Virus record (IMG/VR): IMGVR_UViG_3300044484_000087
Location: 1-63,199 of that record
Source of the DNA: a virus
Taxonomy: Duplodnaviria > Caudoviricetes
DNA length: 63,199 bases
Reading direction: 5' to 3' (one strand)
The position numbers were made by a program, and so were the translations under genes. Position 1 is the stretch's first letter; every line of letters starts with the position of its first letter. Shown piece by piece: positions 8,132 through 17,504 of this stretch. Under the pieces are notes generated by a model. The model had not been told where the DNA came from. It did not search any database and was given only the letters and a program-made list of their open reading frames with translations.

Positions 8132-9521
8132 CGGCGGCTTCCGTGATCTTCATGACGTGAAGCTCCGCATTCATCTTGATGGTGCGCCGCGACTCGCCGT
8201 CACGATACTTGGCGATGTGGAACTCCAACGTGCGCGCCTTGGCTTCGCCGTCTTTGACCTCAAACTTGTCGTCTTCCATCTCGTCTTCATCGTCATCCGA
8301 CCCGACTTCCACCTTGGCTTTCTTGCGCTTGGGCTTGTATTCAGGGTCGTTGATGGAAATGACCAAATCCGCGATGCGGCTCTTGTCGTAGCTTTCCGCG
8401 GCGCCTTCTGCGGCCGCAACCTCGCCCGCCACAGAAGCCTTGGCGTGGACTGAACTCCACACAGCATAGCCGCCCTCTTCTGCCAGGCCCTTCACCGACC
8501 AATAAACCTCGGATTGCTGCAACCGAAAGGCATCGCGCACCGTGTCGATGGCCCGGAGGTGGTCCGCGGAATCCATCAGAATCAAGTCAGGACGCCAAGC
8601 TTGGTCCGTCCACAGATCATCGAGCAAGCCTTGGACGTCGATGATGGTCGCAGAACGAACAGGGAACGACGCTATTTTGACGCCGCCCGCAAAGTGCTTC
8701 TTGGCTTTGTCGTAGCGCGCCTTGATACCCCGTAGGTCCGATGGCGCCAAGTCGTACCGCTTCAGGCGGCTGTACTCAACTCCTAGCCAGCGAGCATCTT
8801 GACGCGCGGCCACTTGGATGGCTGGCATTTCAAACGCCACGATGAGCACCTTGTGTCCCGTGCCTGCGGCGTGATGCGCGATGTTGTTCAAGGCGATTGA
8901 CTTGCCTCGCCCGGTGGTCCCCATCACCAACGCAAACTCGCCCGGCCGAACCCCGTCCGTGATTTTGTCGATTGTCTTCCACCCCGTCAGGATGGATTTG
9001 ATCTCATCAGGGTGCTCCCGTTCGTACTTGCGTCGGCCCTGTCGCTCATCAAACTCCTCAATCCAGTTCACCAGCGTGTACTTGCGCGTACCCACCGCGA
9101 CGTTGGACGCTTTGCGCAACGCAGACTCCGCTGCGTCCACATCATTCTTCTCCAAGGCGTCCGCAACACGCTCCGCCGCCAACTGAGCGTTGACAAACCT
9201 AACAAACTTTTCCAGCTTTTCTAAGGAAGCTCTGGGCGCTTCTGGTTTGTGCTTGAAAAGCTTGGCTGCCGTCTTGAGGTATGTCTCGCGCTTGGACTCT
9301 TCACGAAAATCGTCCCGCGCCTTACTAACAATCAGCGCCGATGTTGGAAGCTCCCTGTATTTGCTCCACGTATCGCTGATGATCGCCCAAACCCACGCAC
9401 GCTCCGGGGAGCCGAAGTGGTGGGCGTCGCAGACGCGAATGGCTTTCTTCAGATAATCGACATCCTTCAGCGCGCACGCAAGGATGTTTTCTTCAAACTC
9501 GATGTCGAATGCGACAGCCAT
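8112..9521 (-). CDS. dnaB: DnaB-like replicative helicase
   Basis: TGWKTID, Walker A GTTGRGKS, FEMP, ILMDSADHL, ADLVI, IAKYRDG. Confidence 0.9.
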   Translation of the reverse strand: MAVAFDIEFEENILACALKDVDYLKKAIRVCDAHHFGSPERAWVWAIISDTWSKYRELPTSALIVSKARDDFREESKRETYLKTAAKLFKHKPEAPRASLEKLEKFVRFVNAQLAAERVADALEKNDVDAAESALRKASNVAVGTRKYTLVNWIEEFDERQGRRKYEREHPDEIKSILTGWKTIDKITDGVRPGEFALVMGTTGRGKSIALNNIAHHAAGTGHKVLIVAFEMPAIQVAARQDARWLGVEYSRLKRYDLAPSDLRGIKARYDKAKKHFAGGVKIASFPVRSATIIDVQGLLDDLWTDQAWRPDLILMDSADHLRAIDTVRDAFRLQQSEVYWSVKGLAEEGGYAVWSSVHAKASVAGEVAAAEGAAESYDKSRIADLVISINDPEYKPKRKKAKVEVGSDDDEDEMEDDKFEVKDGEAKARTLEFHIAKYRDGESRRTIKMNAELHVMKITEAAGEHDDV

Positions 9522-9524
9522 ACG

Positions 9525-10199
9525 CTATTTGCCACCATAACGCATGTCTGCCTTCATCTTGGCAGCCACCTTGCGCCGAAAGTCCCCGCCCTCCAACGCA
9601 ACCATTTGGTACCGCCCTTCCAACATCGATTCGATTGTCGGCCCATACAGCTTACACAGCTCTGCGTACTCCAGATTGGATGCCAGCAGAGTGGGATAGC
9701 CATTGTCGTACCGTTCTTTCAGGTACGCCTCCAATTGAGTAGACAAGAAATCCCGCTTGATCTGCTCTTTGCCCATCTCATCGATGGCCACGATGTCGGC
9801 GTCCAACTGTTCACGCAACCTTGATGTGACGGCCCGGTCCCCAAACCCTCGTTTCAAATCCGAATCCAGACCCATCAACGTGGTGTAATACACCCTGTGG
9901 CCGCGAACCGCCGCCCGCCCCAACAGATAGCTCATGAACAGCGTCTTGCCCGTCCCGTTGTCGCCCGTGAAAAGCAGACTGTACCCCCGATCAAACGCCA
10001 CGCTGAAGCGTTTGGAGTACGGAACCACCACGCCTTCAAACGCTTCTTTGTTGTGTTGTACGTCTGTTGGCTTTACGAACCAGTAAAGCTCTGGAACGCA
10101 CCCCTCGTACATTGCCGTCTCATAGGCCAAACGCCCGGGCGTGATGTCGCGCTCTGAGGCTTCCGCCCGGAATGAATCCACCTCAAACGGCATCCGCAT
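9525..10199 (-). CDS. DnaC/IstB-like helicase loader ATPase
   Basis: Walker A GDNGTGKT, AIDEMG, ERY...PTLLASNL, GGDFRR. Start likely ATG 10199 or 10193. Confidence 0.85.
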   Translation of the reverse strand: MRMPFEVDSFRAEASERDITPGRLAYETAMYEGCVPELYWFVKPTDVQHNKEAFEGVVVPYSKRFSVAFDRGYSLLFTGDNGTGKTLFMSYLLGRAAVRGHRVYYTTLMGLDSDLKRGFGDRAVTSRLREQLDADIVAIDEMGKEQIKRDFLSTQLEAYLKERYDNGYPTLLASNLEYAELCKLYGPTIESMLEGRYQMVALEGGDFRRKVAAKMKADMRYGGK

Positions 10200-10203
10200 C
10201 AGA

Positions 10204-10602
10204 TCAACCCCAAGTGCAGTGCGTTGCGCCAAGCTTGGCAGCCGTTTCCACGTAATCCGCCAAGCGCTCGATGCGTTCAACCACTTGATCCTCGGACAGC
10301 CCGCACGAGTAAAACCTTGGGCCGATTTCCACTTGCCTGGCAAACTGCGGGGCCCGTTTGGACGTCATGCTGTGGCGACCAAAGATGATTGCTCGACGCA
10401 TCTCATAGATGTCCCGAACGCCACAGAGATCATCGTTTTCCAATCCGCACGCCCCAAACACCAGACGAGCGTTGGCGTTAGACCAATTGAGATCAATCTC
10501 AGGCGGGATTGTGACGATTTGGTATGTTTTGTACTCTCGCCCGCTTATCACCACAGACGATGTTTCGACGGCGCGATTCTGCGCCTGAAAGCTAACGCTC
10601 AT
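10204..10602 (-). CDS. Hypothetical protein in replication module
   Basis: ATGA overlap with the upstream gene at 10599-10602. Confidence 0.6.
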   Translation of the reverse strand: MSVSFQAQNRAVETSSVVISGREYKTYQIVTIPPEIDLNWSNANARLVFGACGLENDDLCGVRDIYEMRRAIIFGRHSMTSKRAPQFARQVEIGPRFYSCGLSEDQVVERIERLADYVETAAKLGATHCTWG

Positions 10603-11486
10603 GGCGATTCCTCGGAATCCGCATACAAGTTGGTAGCAAGCCAACTCACCAGCTTCTCCAACTTGCTACTGATAAACACCCGCTCGCCTTGTGCTTTGCT
10701 GATGGCCATCTTCTGCAACGTGACCAGGTAGCGGTCGCTGTACTCCGACAAGTCAAACCCCGCTTTGGTCGCCTGGGGTCGGAATCTTCTGTCCAGCGTG
10801 TTGGGGTCGCTGAAACTGTTTCGCCCTTCCGGGCGGGAATCCGTGTCTTTTTTCTTGGAAAACTTGGGCGATGAGTTGCCTTCTAAAAGTTGGCAAGCCA
10901 CCTGATCAACACACCCCGCGGCCTTGATGATGGAAAGCGGAGGGATGCTCATGCTGCGATCAGCGAACGTCCGGATGTTCGTGTGCCAGTACTCAATCAG
11001 CTGGCGCGGAGTTACACCACGAACGACACAGTTTATTGCCGCTTCTTCAGCGTATTGCTTGTCTTTTTCAAAGATTCCGTACCGGGCGTGCCCCGTCAAT
11101 GCTCGCTCTGCGTTCCGGCGGTATCTGACATAGATGCGTCCAAACTCCGCTCCAAGCCGGGCGACCAAGTCCCTGCGCTCAGGGTCTTTAGGCGAGCGCT
11201 CCAAGATGTGAATCATCTTGCGACGTTGCTTGCTGTTGGGGTCGAAGCTGATGTGCTTGGTGCTGATCGACTCCAGTTGATCGAAGTCAATTGCTTTGCC
11301 TTTGAAGCCTGCGCGCATGCGCAGAACCCCCGAGCGAAGCGAGGGGGTTTTCCCGGTTTGGACTAGAACTTTCGCTCTAAGATTTGTTATAAGGGGGGAT
11401 AGATAAGGGGGGTGAGAATGGTCCAAGTTTACATAGCCTGATTCGACAGTAAACTTGCGCCTTTCAATTTTGTATTTCACGCCCAT
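10599..11486 (-). CDS. Hypothetical basic protein, candidate replication initiator
   Basis: Long basic ORF upstream of loader, helicase and primase. Function inferred from position only. Confidence 0.45.
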   Translation of the reverse strand: MGVKYKIERRKFTVESGYVNLDHSHPPYLSPLITNLRAKVLVQTGKTPSLRSGVLRMRAGFKGKAIDFDQLESISTKHISFDPNSKQRRKMIHILERSPKDPERRDLVARLGAEFGRIYVRYRRNAERALTGHARYGIFEKDKQYAEEAAINCVVRGVTPRQLIEYWHTNIRTFADRSMSIPPLSIIKAAGCVDQVACQLLEGNSSPKFSKKKDTDSRPEGRNSFSDPNTLDRRFRPQATKAGFDLSEYSDRYLVTLQKMAISKAQGERVFISSKLEKLVSWLATNLYADSEESP

Positions 11487-11675
11487 TTCAATCCCACCCA
11501 TAGCAGTAAAGCCCGTTGGGCCGCACCGCTGATTTGCTTGAACTTGGCCATTGGTGTTTGTGTGCCAAGTTGGGGACCACGTTTTCGTGGGCGAAGCAAT
11601 TTCTGCTTCGCGGCCCTAAACCAAGCAGTATTGCTGATTTGGCGCCTGATAAACGCTGTAAATCATTGTTATCCG

Positions 11676-11738
11676 AGTTTGGGATAGAACCAGACGGAAG
11701 TTTGGGATAGAACCAGACGCACCGAATTGTATCCCAAA
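11676..11738. repeat. Iteron/operator-like repeats
   Basis: AGTTTGGGATAGAACCAGACG exact at 11676-11696 and 11699-11719. Inverted core TATCCCAAA at 11730-11738. Confidence 0.85.
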
Positions 11739-11765
11739 GACAACCTGCTTCCGCGACGCAAGTTT

Positions 11766-12101
11766 TCATGACGTCGCCCTAACGATGTTGCCACCCAGCT
11801 TTACCACCAATTTGCGTTCTATGGTGATTGTTGTTGGTTGATATGGGCCGTGTGCGATGCACTCGATGTATCCTTTGCGGCGAAGCTCGCGCAAAACGTC
11901 ATCGAAATGCTCCCTTGAAAAACCAAACTTCTTGGCGAGATTACGTCTGCCAATCTTCAGCGTTTCTGTGTCTTGGGAGCACAACCACAACCACAGAATG
12001 AATCCGGAGCGGCTGAGTTCATCCATGCCCTCGATGAGCGTTGATGGCCCGAATCCTGGGAAATCCAAGATTGTAGCGCGTCGCCGTTCGATTCGATTCA
12101 T
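11766..12101 (-). CDS. Winged HTH DNA-binding protein (replication-initiator N-terminal type)
   Basis: LSRSGFILWLWL...GRRNLAKKFGFSREHFDDVLRELRRKGYI. Confidence 0.7.
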   Translation of the reverse strand: MNRIERRRATILDFPGFGPSTLIEGMDELSRSGFILWLWLCSQDTETLKIGRRNLAKKFGFSREHFDDVLRELRRKGYIECIAHGPYQPTTITIERKLVVKLGGNIVRATS

Positions 12102-12185
12102 GGTGCTAAACAACGCCCGCCAGGGCGCAGTTCCCCGGCCCAATGCCTGAGGATACGCCCGGGACGGGCGGGAGGGAAGTGGCCC

Positions 12186-13652
12186 CTATTCCACCACTTC
12201 AATATTGAAAGCAGGCTCGCTGCGGTAGATTTCCAGCCTGGCAGCCGAGTGCTTTTCAAAGTACGGGTTGGTCAAGTCCATGAAATCGACCAGCACCGCT
12301 GATTTCTTGCCTTCTGCGATGGTCATGTTACGCATGCGTTGGACCGTCCCTTTGGAATCGGCCCCGCCTTCGGCGTTGATGACCATCTCGATCACAGGGA
12401 TATCCACGCCTTCGCCAAACACAGTACCAAGCAGTATGTTGTATTCGCCAGACACAAATCCAGAAATCTTGTCTTCCCTGGCTTCCTGCGGGTCTTTCCC
12501 TGTGATGGTTTCGTGCTTCGCGCGATGCTCCCACAGCATGGAAGTCAGCTGATCAATCTGATCCAAACGGTTGGACACGATCAAGACCTTCATGTCTTGG
12601 GCCGCAACCGTAGCGATGTTGGCAATCATACGGTTTCGGTCGGCGTTTCGTGTGATGGCGCGCTCCCGAAGGGTCTGCGACCACCGCATCTTGGAAATGT
12701 CGTTCGGCTTCTTGACAGGGTAGATTTTCACGTGCTGTTTCATCAGGAACCCCTCGTCAATCAACCGGGACGTAGGGATGTCGATGCGCAAGGCGCCGCA
12801 CGTGGCCTTCAACCATATCACGCCGCGTTCTTGTTCCTGCTCGTTGTCAAGGTAGGCTGTGGCGCTGAGCCCAATCTTGAAGATGGAATCGAAGTCTTGA
12901 AGCACCTTGTGCCACTCGCCTCCGCCCGCGAAGTGATGCACTTCATCCGCCACGACACAGTCCACATTCTGGATCATCTCAACGTAGCGTGGATGGCGCG
13001 GGATGGCTGCCTTGTCGCCGTCCTTGCGGCGCCCGCGTAGCTTGTGCAGCGTCTGGATGGTAGCAACTGTCACAAACTGGGGGTTCCACTTTCCATCCCC
13101 AATCGCCCCGATGTGCTCCCCGGGGAAGGCTTCCTCCAGGGACTTGATGGTCTGGTACATCAGCATCTGAGACGGCACGATGAACACCGTCCGAACGCCC
13201 AAGATGGAGATCACACGCGCGGCTGTCTTGGTTTTTCCCGAACGGATGGGTTTCTTGAGTATGCCGCGTCCAAAGTACGGGGTGTTTTTCACATCGTGTG
13301 TGATTGAGCGGACGGCTTCAATCTGGTAGCCTCTCAGCTTGATTTCTGGATTCCACTCAATCGTCCTGCGGCGGCCGTGGAGCTTGCGCTGATCTCGCAA
13401 CACGTAATCCACGCCTTGTGCGTCTAGCTCCTGTGTGATGTCTTGGAGCAGCCCGACAGGAGCGTGCCACCCGTGCTTTTCGCTGGACTTCAGCAGATGC
13501 TCCCGACCATCCCACCAGCCTTTCTTGAACCCCGGAGCGTAGCGGTGCCCGGCCACCAGATAGCTGGTAACGGATTCAAGCCGCCTCAGTTGTGACATCG
13601 TCGCCCCCGCGATATACACGTGGCGGTTGTCGTATGTCAACGTGATCGACAC
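12186..13652 (-). CDS. Superfamily 2 DNA helicase (UvsW/XPB-like)
   Basis: LRGYQ, variant Walker A PIRSGKT, DEVHH, GLSAT, GEGVDIP, QRMR. Confidence 0.88.
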   Translation of the reverse strand: MSITLTYDNRHVYIAGATMSQLRRLESVTSYLVAGHRYAPGFKKGWWDGREHLLKSSEKHGWHAPVGLLQDITQELDAQGVDYVLRDQRKLHGRRRTIEWNPEIKLRGYQIEAVRSITHDVKNTPYFGRGILKKPIRSGKTKTAARVISILGVRTVFIVPSQMLMYQTIKSLEEAFPGEHIGAIGDGKWNPQFVTVATIQTLHKLRGRRKDGDKAAIPRHPRYVEMIQNVDCVVADEVHHFAGGGEWHKVLQDFDSIFKIGLSATAYLDNEQEQERGVIWLKATCGALRIDIPTSRLIDEGFLMKQHVKIYPVKKPNDISKMRWSQTLRERAITRNADRNRMIANIATVAAQDMKVLIVSNRLDQIDQLTSMLWEHRAKHETITGKDPQEAREDKISGFVSGEYNILLGTVFGEGVDIPVIEMVINAEGGADSKGTVQRMRNMTIAEGKKSAVLVDFMDLTNPYFEKHSAARLEIYRSEPAFNIEVVE

Positions 13653-13663
13653 AGAACCTGCAG

Positions 13664-13746
13664 GCTATATACCTTGCGGGCCTGTGTAGCGCTGGAAAGT
13701 GTACGCCTATGCCTGTGGCGAATCGTCCCTGCTATATACCTTGCGG
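13664..13746. repeat. Duplicated 16-bp motif, candidate promoter/operator pair
   Basis: GCTATATACCTTGCGG exact at 13664-13679 and 13731-13746, in the gap upstream of the replication operon. Confidence 0.75.
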
Positions 13747-13747
13747 C

Positions 13748-14014
13748 CTATTCAGGGTCGCGGGCTTTGGCTTCGCGCTCCGCGATTTGCTCCAGCATAG
13801 AAGCAGGAATTGGTGCGCCGATGAACGACTTGTTCAGTTGCTTCACCACGGCCTGCTTCTTTTCCTCGCGTGGCAACTCAACGGGTTGATCGCGGTACAG
13901 TTGATCCGCCTTGCGTACCAACGCCCGGGAGTAGGCGTTGACGACGGGCTTGGCTGCAGCCAAGATGGTCACGCCAAGTCCGATGAGCGCGCCTGTCAGC
14001 AAGTCAAGTTGCAT
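13748..14014 (-). CDS. Small membrane protein (holin-like?)
   Basis: One N-terminal hydrophobic segment followed by a charged tail. Confidence 0.45.
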   Translation of the reverse strand: MQLDLLTGALIGLGVTILAAAKPVVNAYSRALVRKADQLYRDQPVELPREEKKQAVVKQLNKSFIGAPIPASMLEQIAEREAKARDPE

Positions 14015-14035
14015 ACAGCCATTCTCCCCTTGCCT

Positions 14036-14512
14036 TCAATTGACAAAACCCACGATGAGGGCCGATGTGGCGACTGTGACCGTTACGCCCGCCGCGAACC
14101 AGAGCGAGGGTTGGCGCCACCAAGCGTTCAACGCGGCCCGCGCCTCTTCAGCTTCTTCACGGGACGCCCGGGCGAGGCGCACCTGGGATTCTAGCTCGCG
14201 CTGCTGCCCTGCAATGGCGGCGTCCTTGAGCTTGATCACCTCCAGGTAGCGCTCCATCTGAAAGTCCCGAACAGCAGCGCGCTGTTCTAGCAAGCCGACC
14301 TGGAGCTGAAGCTCCGGATAGGCGCTCTTGGTCCTGCGCATCTCATCCGCGAGCTTGAGCTCAAACCAGACTCCGCGCACGCCGTTCTGCTCCAAGACGA
14401 CGCAATCTGAAGCCGCCGTGGCATTGGCCGCGGTAACGCACTCTGCAAGGGCCGGCAACGGCCCGCAGCAGCTAAAGGCGAGTGCTGCTGAATAAACGAG
14501 CAACTTCTTCAT
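14036..14512 (-). CDS. Exported coiled-coil protein with C-terminal TM, spanin-like
   Basis: Signal peptide MKKLLVYSAALAFSCC, coiled coil, C-terminal hydrophobic helix. Overlaps the upstream TM/coiled-coil gene. Confidence 0.5.
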   Translation of the reverse strand: MKKLLVYSAALAFSCCGPLPALAECVTAANATAASDCVVLEQNGVRGVWFELKLADEMRRTKSAYPELQLQVGLLEQRAAVRDFQMERYLEVIKLKDAAIAGQQRELESQVRLARASREEAEEARAALNAWWRQPSLWFAAGVTVTVATSALIVGFVN

Positions 14513-14822
14513 CGCTCATGTCCTCCAGCTTGCGCTCTTCATGGATTTCCATGACGCGACGTTTGGATTCCGCTACAAGCTTGTCCAACTCTTGGACCTT
14601 GGGCGCTTGTTCGTCGGCTTGCTTCTTCAAGACTTCCGCCTTGGCTTCGACAGCGGCAATCTTGCGCTTGGTGGCTTGGACGACCACAGCATCTTCAAGA
14701 TTGGCGATTTTGTTGTCTTTGCGCTTGTAGATCAGGAAGGCGCCAAAAACTCCAGCGATGGCGACCAACAGCGCCCAAGGGTTTTCCAATACCCAAGCCC
14801 AAATCTTCTTGGCGACGTTCAT
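14472..14822 (-). CDS. Membrane-anchored coiled-coil protein, i-spanin-like
   Basis: N-terminal TM (ALLVAIAGVFGAFLIY) followed by a helical charged region. Confidence 0.5.
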   Translation of the reverse strand: MNVAKKIWAWVLENPWALLVAIAGVFGAFLIYKRKDNKIANLEDAVVVQATKRKIAAVEAKAEVLKKQADEQAPKVQELDKLVAESKRRVMEIHEERKLEDMSDEEVARLFSSTRL

Positions 14823-15463
14823 TGGATTGCCCCCGAATCAGGCGCACCCATCGCTTGTGCGGCGGCTTCCAACTCGGCAACCCGGCCCCGAGCTTCAGCG
14901 ACTTCGGGGCCGCCGCCGAGTTGCTCCAAGACATCCACAGCTCGCTTCAAACCGGCTAAACGCCGCCCAACGGCTTGTGGCTGAGATGAAATCGGCGATG
15001 CCGTCTGTACATCTTGCTGTTGGCCGATATGAACGTGAGCGGGCTCCTGGGGCGCGGGCTCGACAGCTTCAGCTATGGCAGCTTCATTGGTGAGCGCCAC
15101 AGATTCGACCACGGCCGAAAGCGTGGATTCCACACGAGTCAGCTGCTCCCCGGCACGGCTGGCGATGGCTTCCACCCTGGCGCTGGCCGCGATCAATTGG
15201 GCGCCCCTCGCGGCTGCCACAAATACTGCGCAGCACACCAACATCGCGCTCAACACAGACACGGCACGTGTTCGTTGGTTGTCACGTCGCGTCTGGCGTA
15301 GCTCTTCACGAGCTTGCTCGAACTGCTCGATCAATCGCAGATTCGTGGCGTGATAGGCATTCCAAGCCGCCAGCATCTTTTCAGGGTCGATCACGGCGGG
15401 CGGGCGATCAGACGTTGGAGTCATTGGCGCAGCCAGGCTTTCAAGGTCTTTACGGCTCGTCAT
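14819..15463 (-). CDS. Hypothetical membrane coiled-coil protein
   Basis: Central TM; coupled to its neighbours. Confidence 0.55.
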   Translation of the reverse strand: MTSRKDLESLAAPMTPTSDRPPAVIDPEKMLAAWNAYHATNLRLIEQFEQAREELRQTRRDNQRTRAVSVLSAMLVCCAVFVAAARGAQLIAASARVEAIASRAGEQLTRVESTLSAVVESVALTNEAAIAEAVEPAPQEPAHVHIGQQQDVQTASPISSQPQAVGRRLAGLKRAVDVLEQLGGGPEVAEARGRVAELEAAAQAMGAPDSGAIQ

Positions 15464-15698
15464 CGCCCAACGCCTTTCTCATCTCCGCATCCGCGCCGTC
15501 AAGTTGCTCTGCCAATCGCGCAATCTCTTGGCTCCTTGGAGTAACATAGCGCGGATCAAATTGTTTGCGAACCCGGACAAGATTCGCCCGGGCTGCTTCC
15601 TCGCGGACTTCCGCTTCGCGCATCCTGACGTCGGCTTCCTCGATTGCGGCCGGATGTAGGAGCGGACGAGGAAGCAGCCAGCGAAGCAGCGTGGTCAT
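15450..15698 (-). CDS. Hypothetical protein
   Basis: ATGA overlap with the upstream gene. Confidence 0.55.
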   Translation of the reverse strand: MTTLLRWLLPRPLLHPAAIEEADVRMREAEVREEAARANLVRVRKQFDPRYVTPRSQEIARLAEQLDGADAEMRKALGDDEP

Positions 15699-15967
15699 CG
15701 TAACCTCGCCAGCACGGCATCGACTTTGCCGTTGAACTCTCGCACTACTTCGCCCAACGTAATGGCCTGTGCAGTGAACTCGCGGGTGCTGCGCTCCAGG
15801 TCGGCGGTGCGCAGATCACGAACCTTGATGCGGTCGGCGGTGGCGTCATCGAGCGCAGCCAGGATGCGGGTTCGGTCCTTCGACAGCCACACCAGCCCGC
15901 CCAGCAGCACCACGCTCAGAGGCGCGCTATAGGGGCCGGCGGATTCCAGAAACTTGAACCAGTCCAC
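15695..15967 (-). CDS. Small membrane protein (holin-like?)
   Basis: N-terminal TM followed by a coiled coil. Confidence 0.5.
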   Translation of the reverse strand: MDWFKFLESAGPYSAPLSVVLLGGLVWLSKDRTRILAALDDATADRIKVRDLRTADLERSTREFTAQAITLGEVVREFNGKVDAVLARLR

Positions 15968-15968
15968 T

Positions 15969-16217
15969 TCACCACCCTCGCCAAACGGATGTCGGCCGTC
16001 CGGGCTCGCCCGGCGGTTGGATCACGACTACCGGCGATGCCGCCCCGGCCGTCCCGGGCTCCGTGTAGACGGGCGGAACGTAGGGGACGGGCGGAGCGTC
16101 CGCTCCATGCCTCTCGCAGCCTGGGTCGATGATGCAGAGGCACCCCTGGCAAACGTGGCAATGCAATCCCGCCGCCGTACGGTAGCAGGTCGCACGGTCG
16201 TGGGTGGGTGTGCTCAC
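15969..16217 (-). CDS. Small Cys/His-rich protein
   Basis: GTGA overlap at 16214-16217; HCHVCQGCLC..C..H. Confidence 0.4.
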   Translation of the reverse strand: MSTPTHDRATCYRTAAGLHCHVCQGCLCIIDPGCERHGADAPPVPYVPPVYTEPGTAGAASPVVVIQPPGEPGRPTSVWRGW

Positions 16218-16399
16218 ACGCGCTCCGCTGTCAGCCTCACCGGCTCCTGGCACTGAGGGCACGGCACGCGCGTTCGCGCGTAGGCTTCGCTCGCGCCGGG
16301 GGCCATCTGCCCCAGCTCGTGCAACTTGCGGGGCACCGCCACGGTCTGCTCGACCGCGTGGCCGTTCACGCACCGGGTGATGAACTTCAGGCTCGACAT
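16214..16399 (-). CDS. Small zinc-ribbon protein
   Basis: CVNGH...CPQC; RBS AAGGAGG. Confidence 0.55.
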   Translation of the reverse strand: MSSLKFITRCVNGHAVEQTVAVPRKLHELGQMAPGASEAYARTRVPCPQCQEPVRLTAERV

Positions 16400-16408
16400 G
16401 GTTCCTCC

Positions 16409-17491
16409 TTAGATGCGCAGGTAGACGTTGAGCGCGCCGCTGTACTTCCAACGACGAACGAGCCCCGGCTGCGCACCGAGCACGATGCTGCTGGAGCTGA
16501 ACACCCCGGAATCATCCTCGACGTTGATGGGCGAGTTCAGCGTCGTGGAGTTCGCGCCGTACAGGTCTTTCAACATGAACTCGTCGCCGTCGAGATTGGG
16601 TGCCGGTGCGGCCAGCGGGCCACCGGGGACGTTGTTGTCGAGCAGGTTGCTCCGGTTCAGGAGGATGGTGACCTCGGGGATGGACGGGTCCAACACCGTG
16701 GGGTTCCACGGCAGGTTGAACACCGGCAGCGCCTCCGATTGGACCTCGGTACCGGCGGCTCTGAATCCGAGGATCTGGTTGGGGGTGAGCTGCACCTGCC
16801 CCAGATTGCCGTCTGCATCGGTGACGTTGACGACGCCAGGACCAGCGAGCGCCGAGAACAGAAGCATGATGTCGTCGATGAACCACGCATCGGCAGCCGC
16901 GCTGAAGCGAAACTTCCACTCGGCCGCTCCCCAGTTGCCCAGGATCGGAATCCCAGGGATCAACCCGAACAGCGCCTTGCCGTTGAAGTCGACCACGACC
17001 TGCGAAGTCGGGGTGATGTCGGTGAAGTCGTTGGCCTGCAAGCCGAACTGCTCGCCATCGGCCGGGGCCGGGTTGGCTTGCAGCGTGGGCGAAGTCGCGG
17101 CGTCCCAGCGCGCGATCTCGTTCGCGCCGACCACGAACGGTCCCGCGCCCGAGTACACCGTGGGGCTGTACGTGAGCCCGCTCCCGCCTCCGCCGTTCAC
17201 CGCGCCGTTGTTCGTGACCTGCACGATCTGCCCAGCGTCGTCGCGGTAGAACAGCTCGGCGATGCCGCCCACATCCTTGCTGTAGAGCCAGCCTCGACCC
17301 GCGAGCGAAGCGGGGTCACTCACCTGCTCGTCCACCGGCACGGGAGCGCCCGCGAGCGACAGCCCCACGAGCAGCGAGCCATCGGGCCTGCGCACGCTGA
17401 TGGTCTGCGTGGTTGCGTCGTAGAACACGCGCGCGCGACCCGCTGCGGGGTTGTTGACCGTGGAGGCTAGGCGCTGAAGGATGTCGAACAT
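16409..17491 (-). CDS. Putative tail fibre/receptor-binding structural protein
   Basis: ATG 17491 with RBS GAGGAG; beta-rich Gly/Pro/Asn composition; end of tail module. Confidence 0.55.
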   Translation of the reverse strand: MFDILQRLASTVNNPAAGRARVFYDATTQTISVRRPDGSLLVGLSLAGAPVPVDEQVSDPASLAGRGWLYSKDVGGIAELFYRDDAGQIVQVTNNGAVNGGGGSGLTYSPTVYSGAGPFVVGANEIARWDAATSPTLQANPAPADGEQFGLQANDFTDITPTSQVVVDFNGKALFGLIPGIPILGNWGAAEWKFRFSAAADAWFIDDIMLLFSALAGPGVVNVTDADGNLGQVQLTPNQILGFRAAGTEVQSEALPVFNLPWNPTVLDPSIPEVTILLNRSNLLDNNVPGGPLAAPAPNLDGDEFMLKDLYGANSTTLNSPINVEDDSGVFSSSSIVLGAQPGLVRRWKYSGALNVYLRI

Positions 17492-17504
17492 GGTCTGTGT
17501 CTCC

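Noticed and set aside
11676-11719. Possible CRISPR mini-array
   Set aside because: Only two 21-bp copies separated by 2 bp; no spacers and no cas genes.
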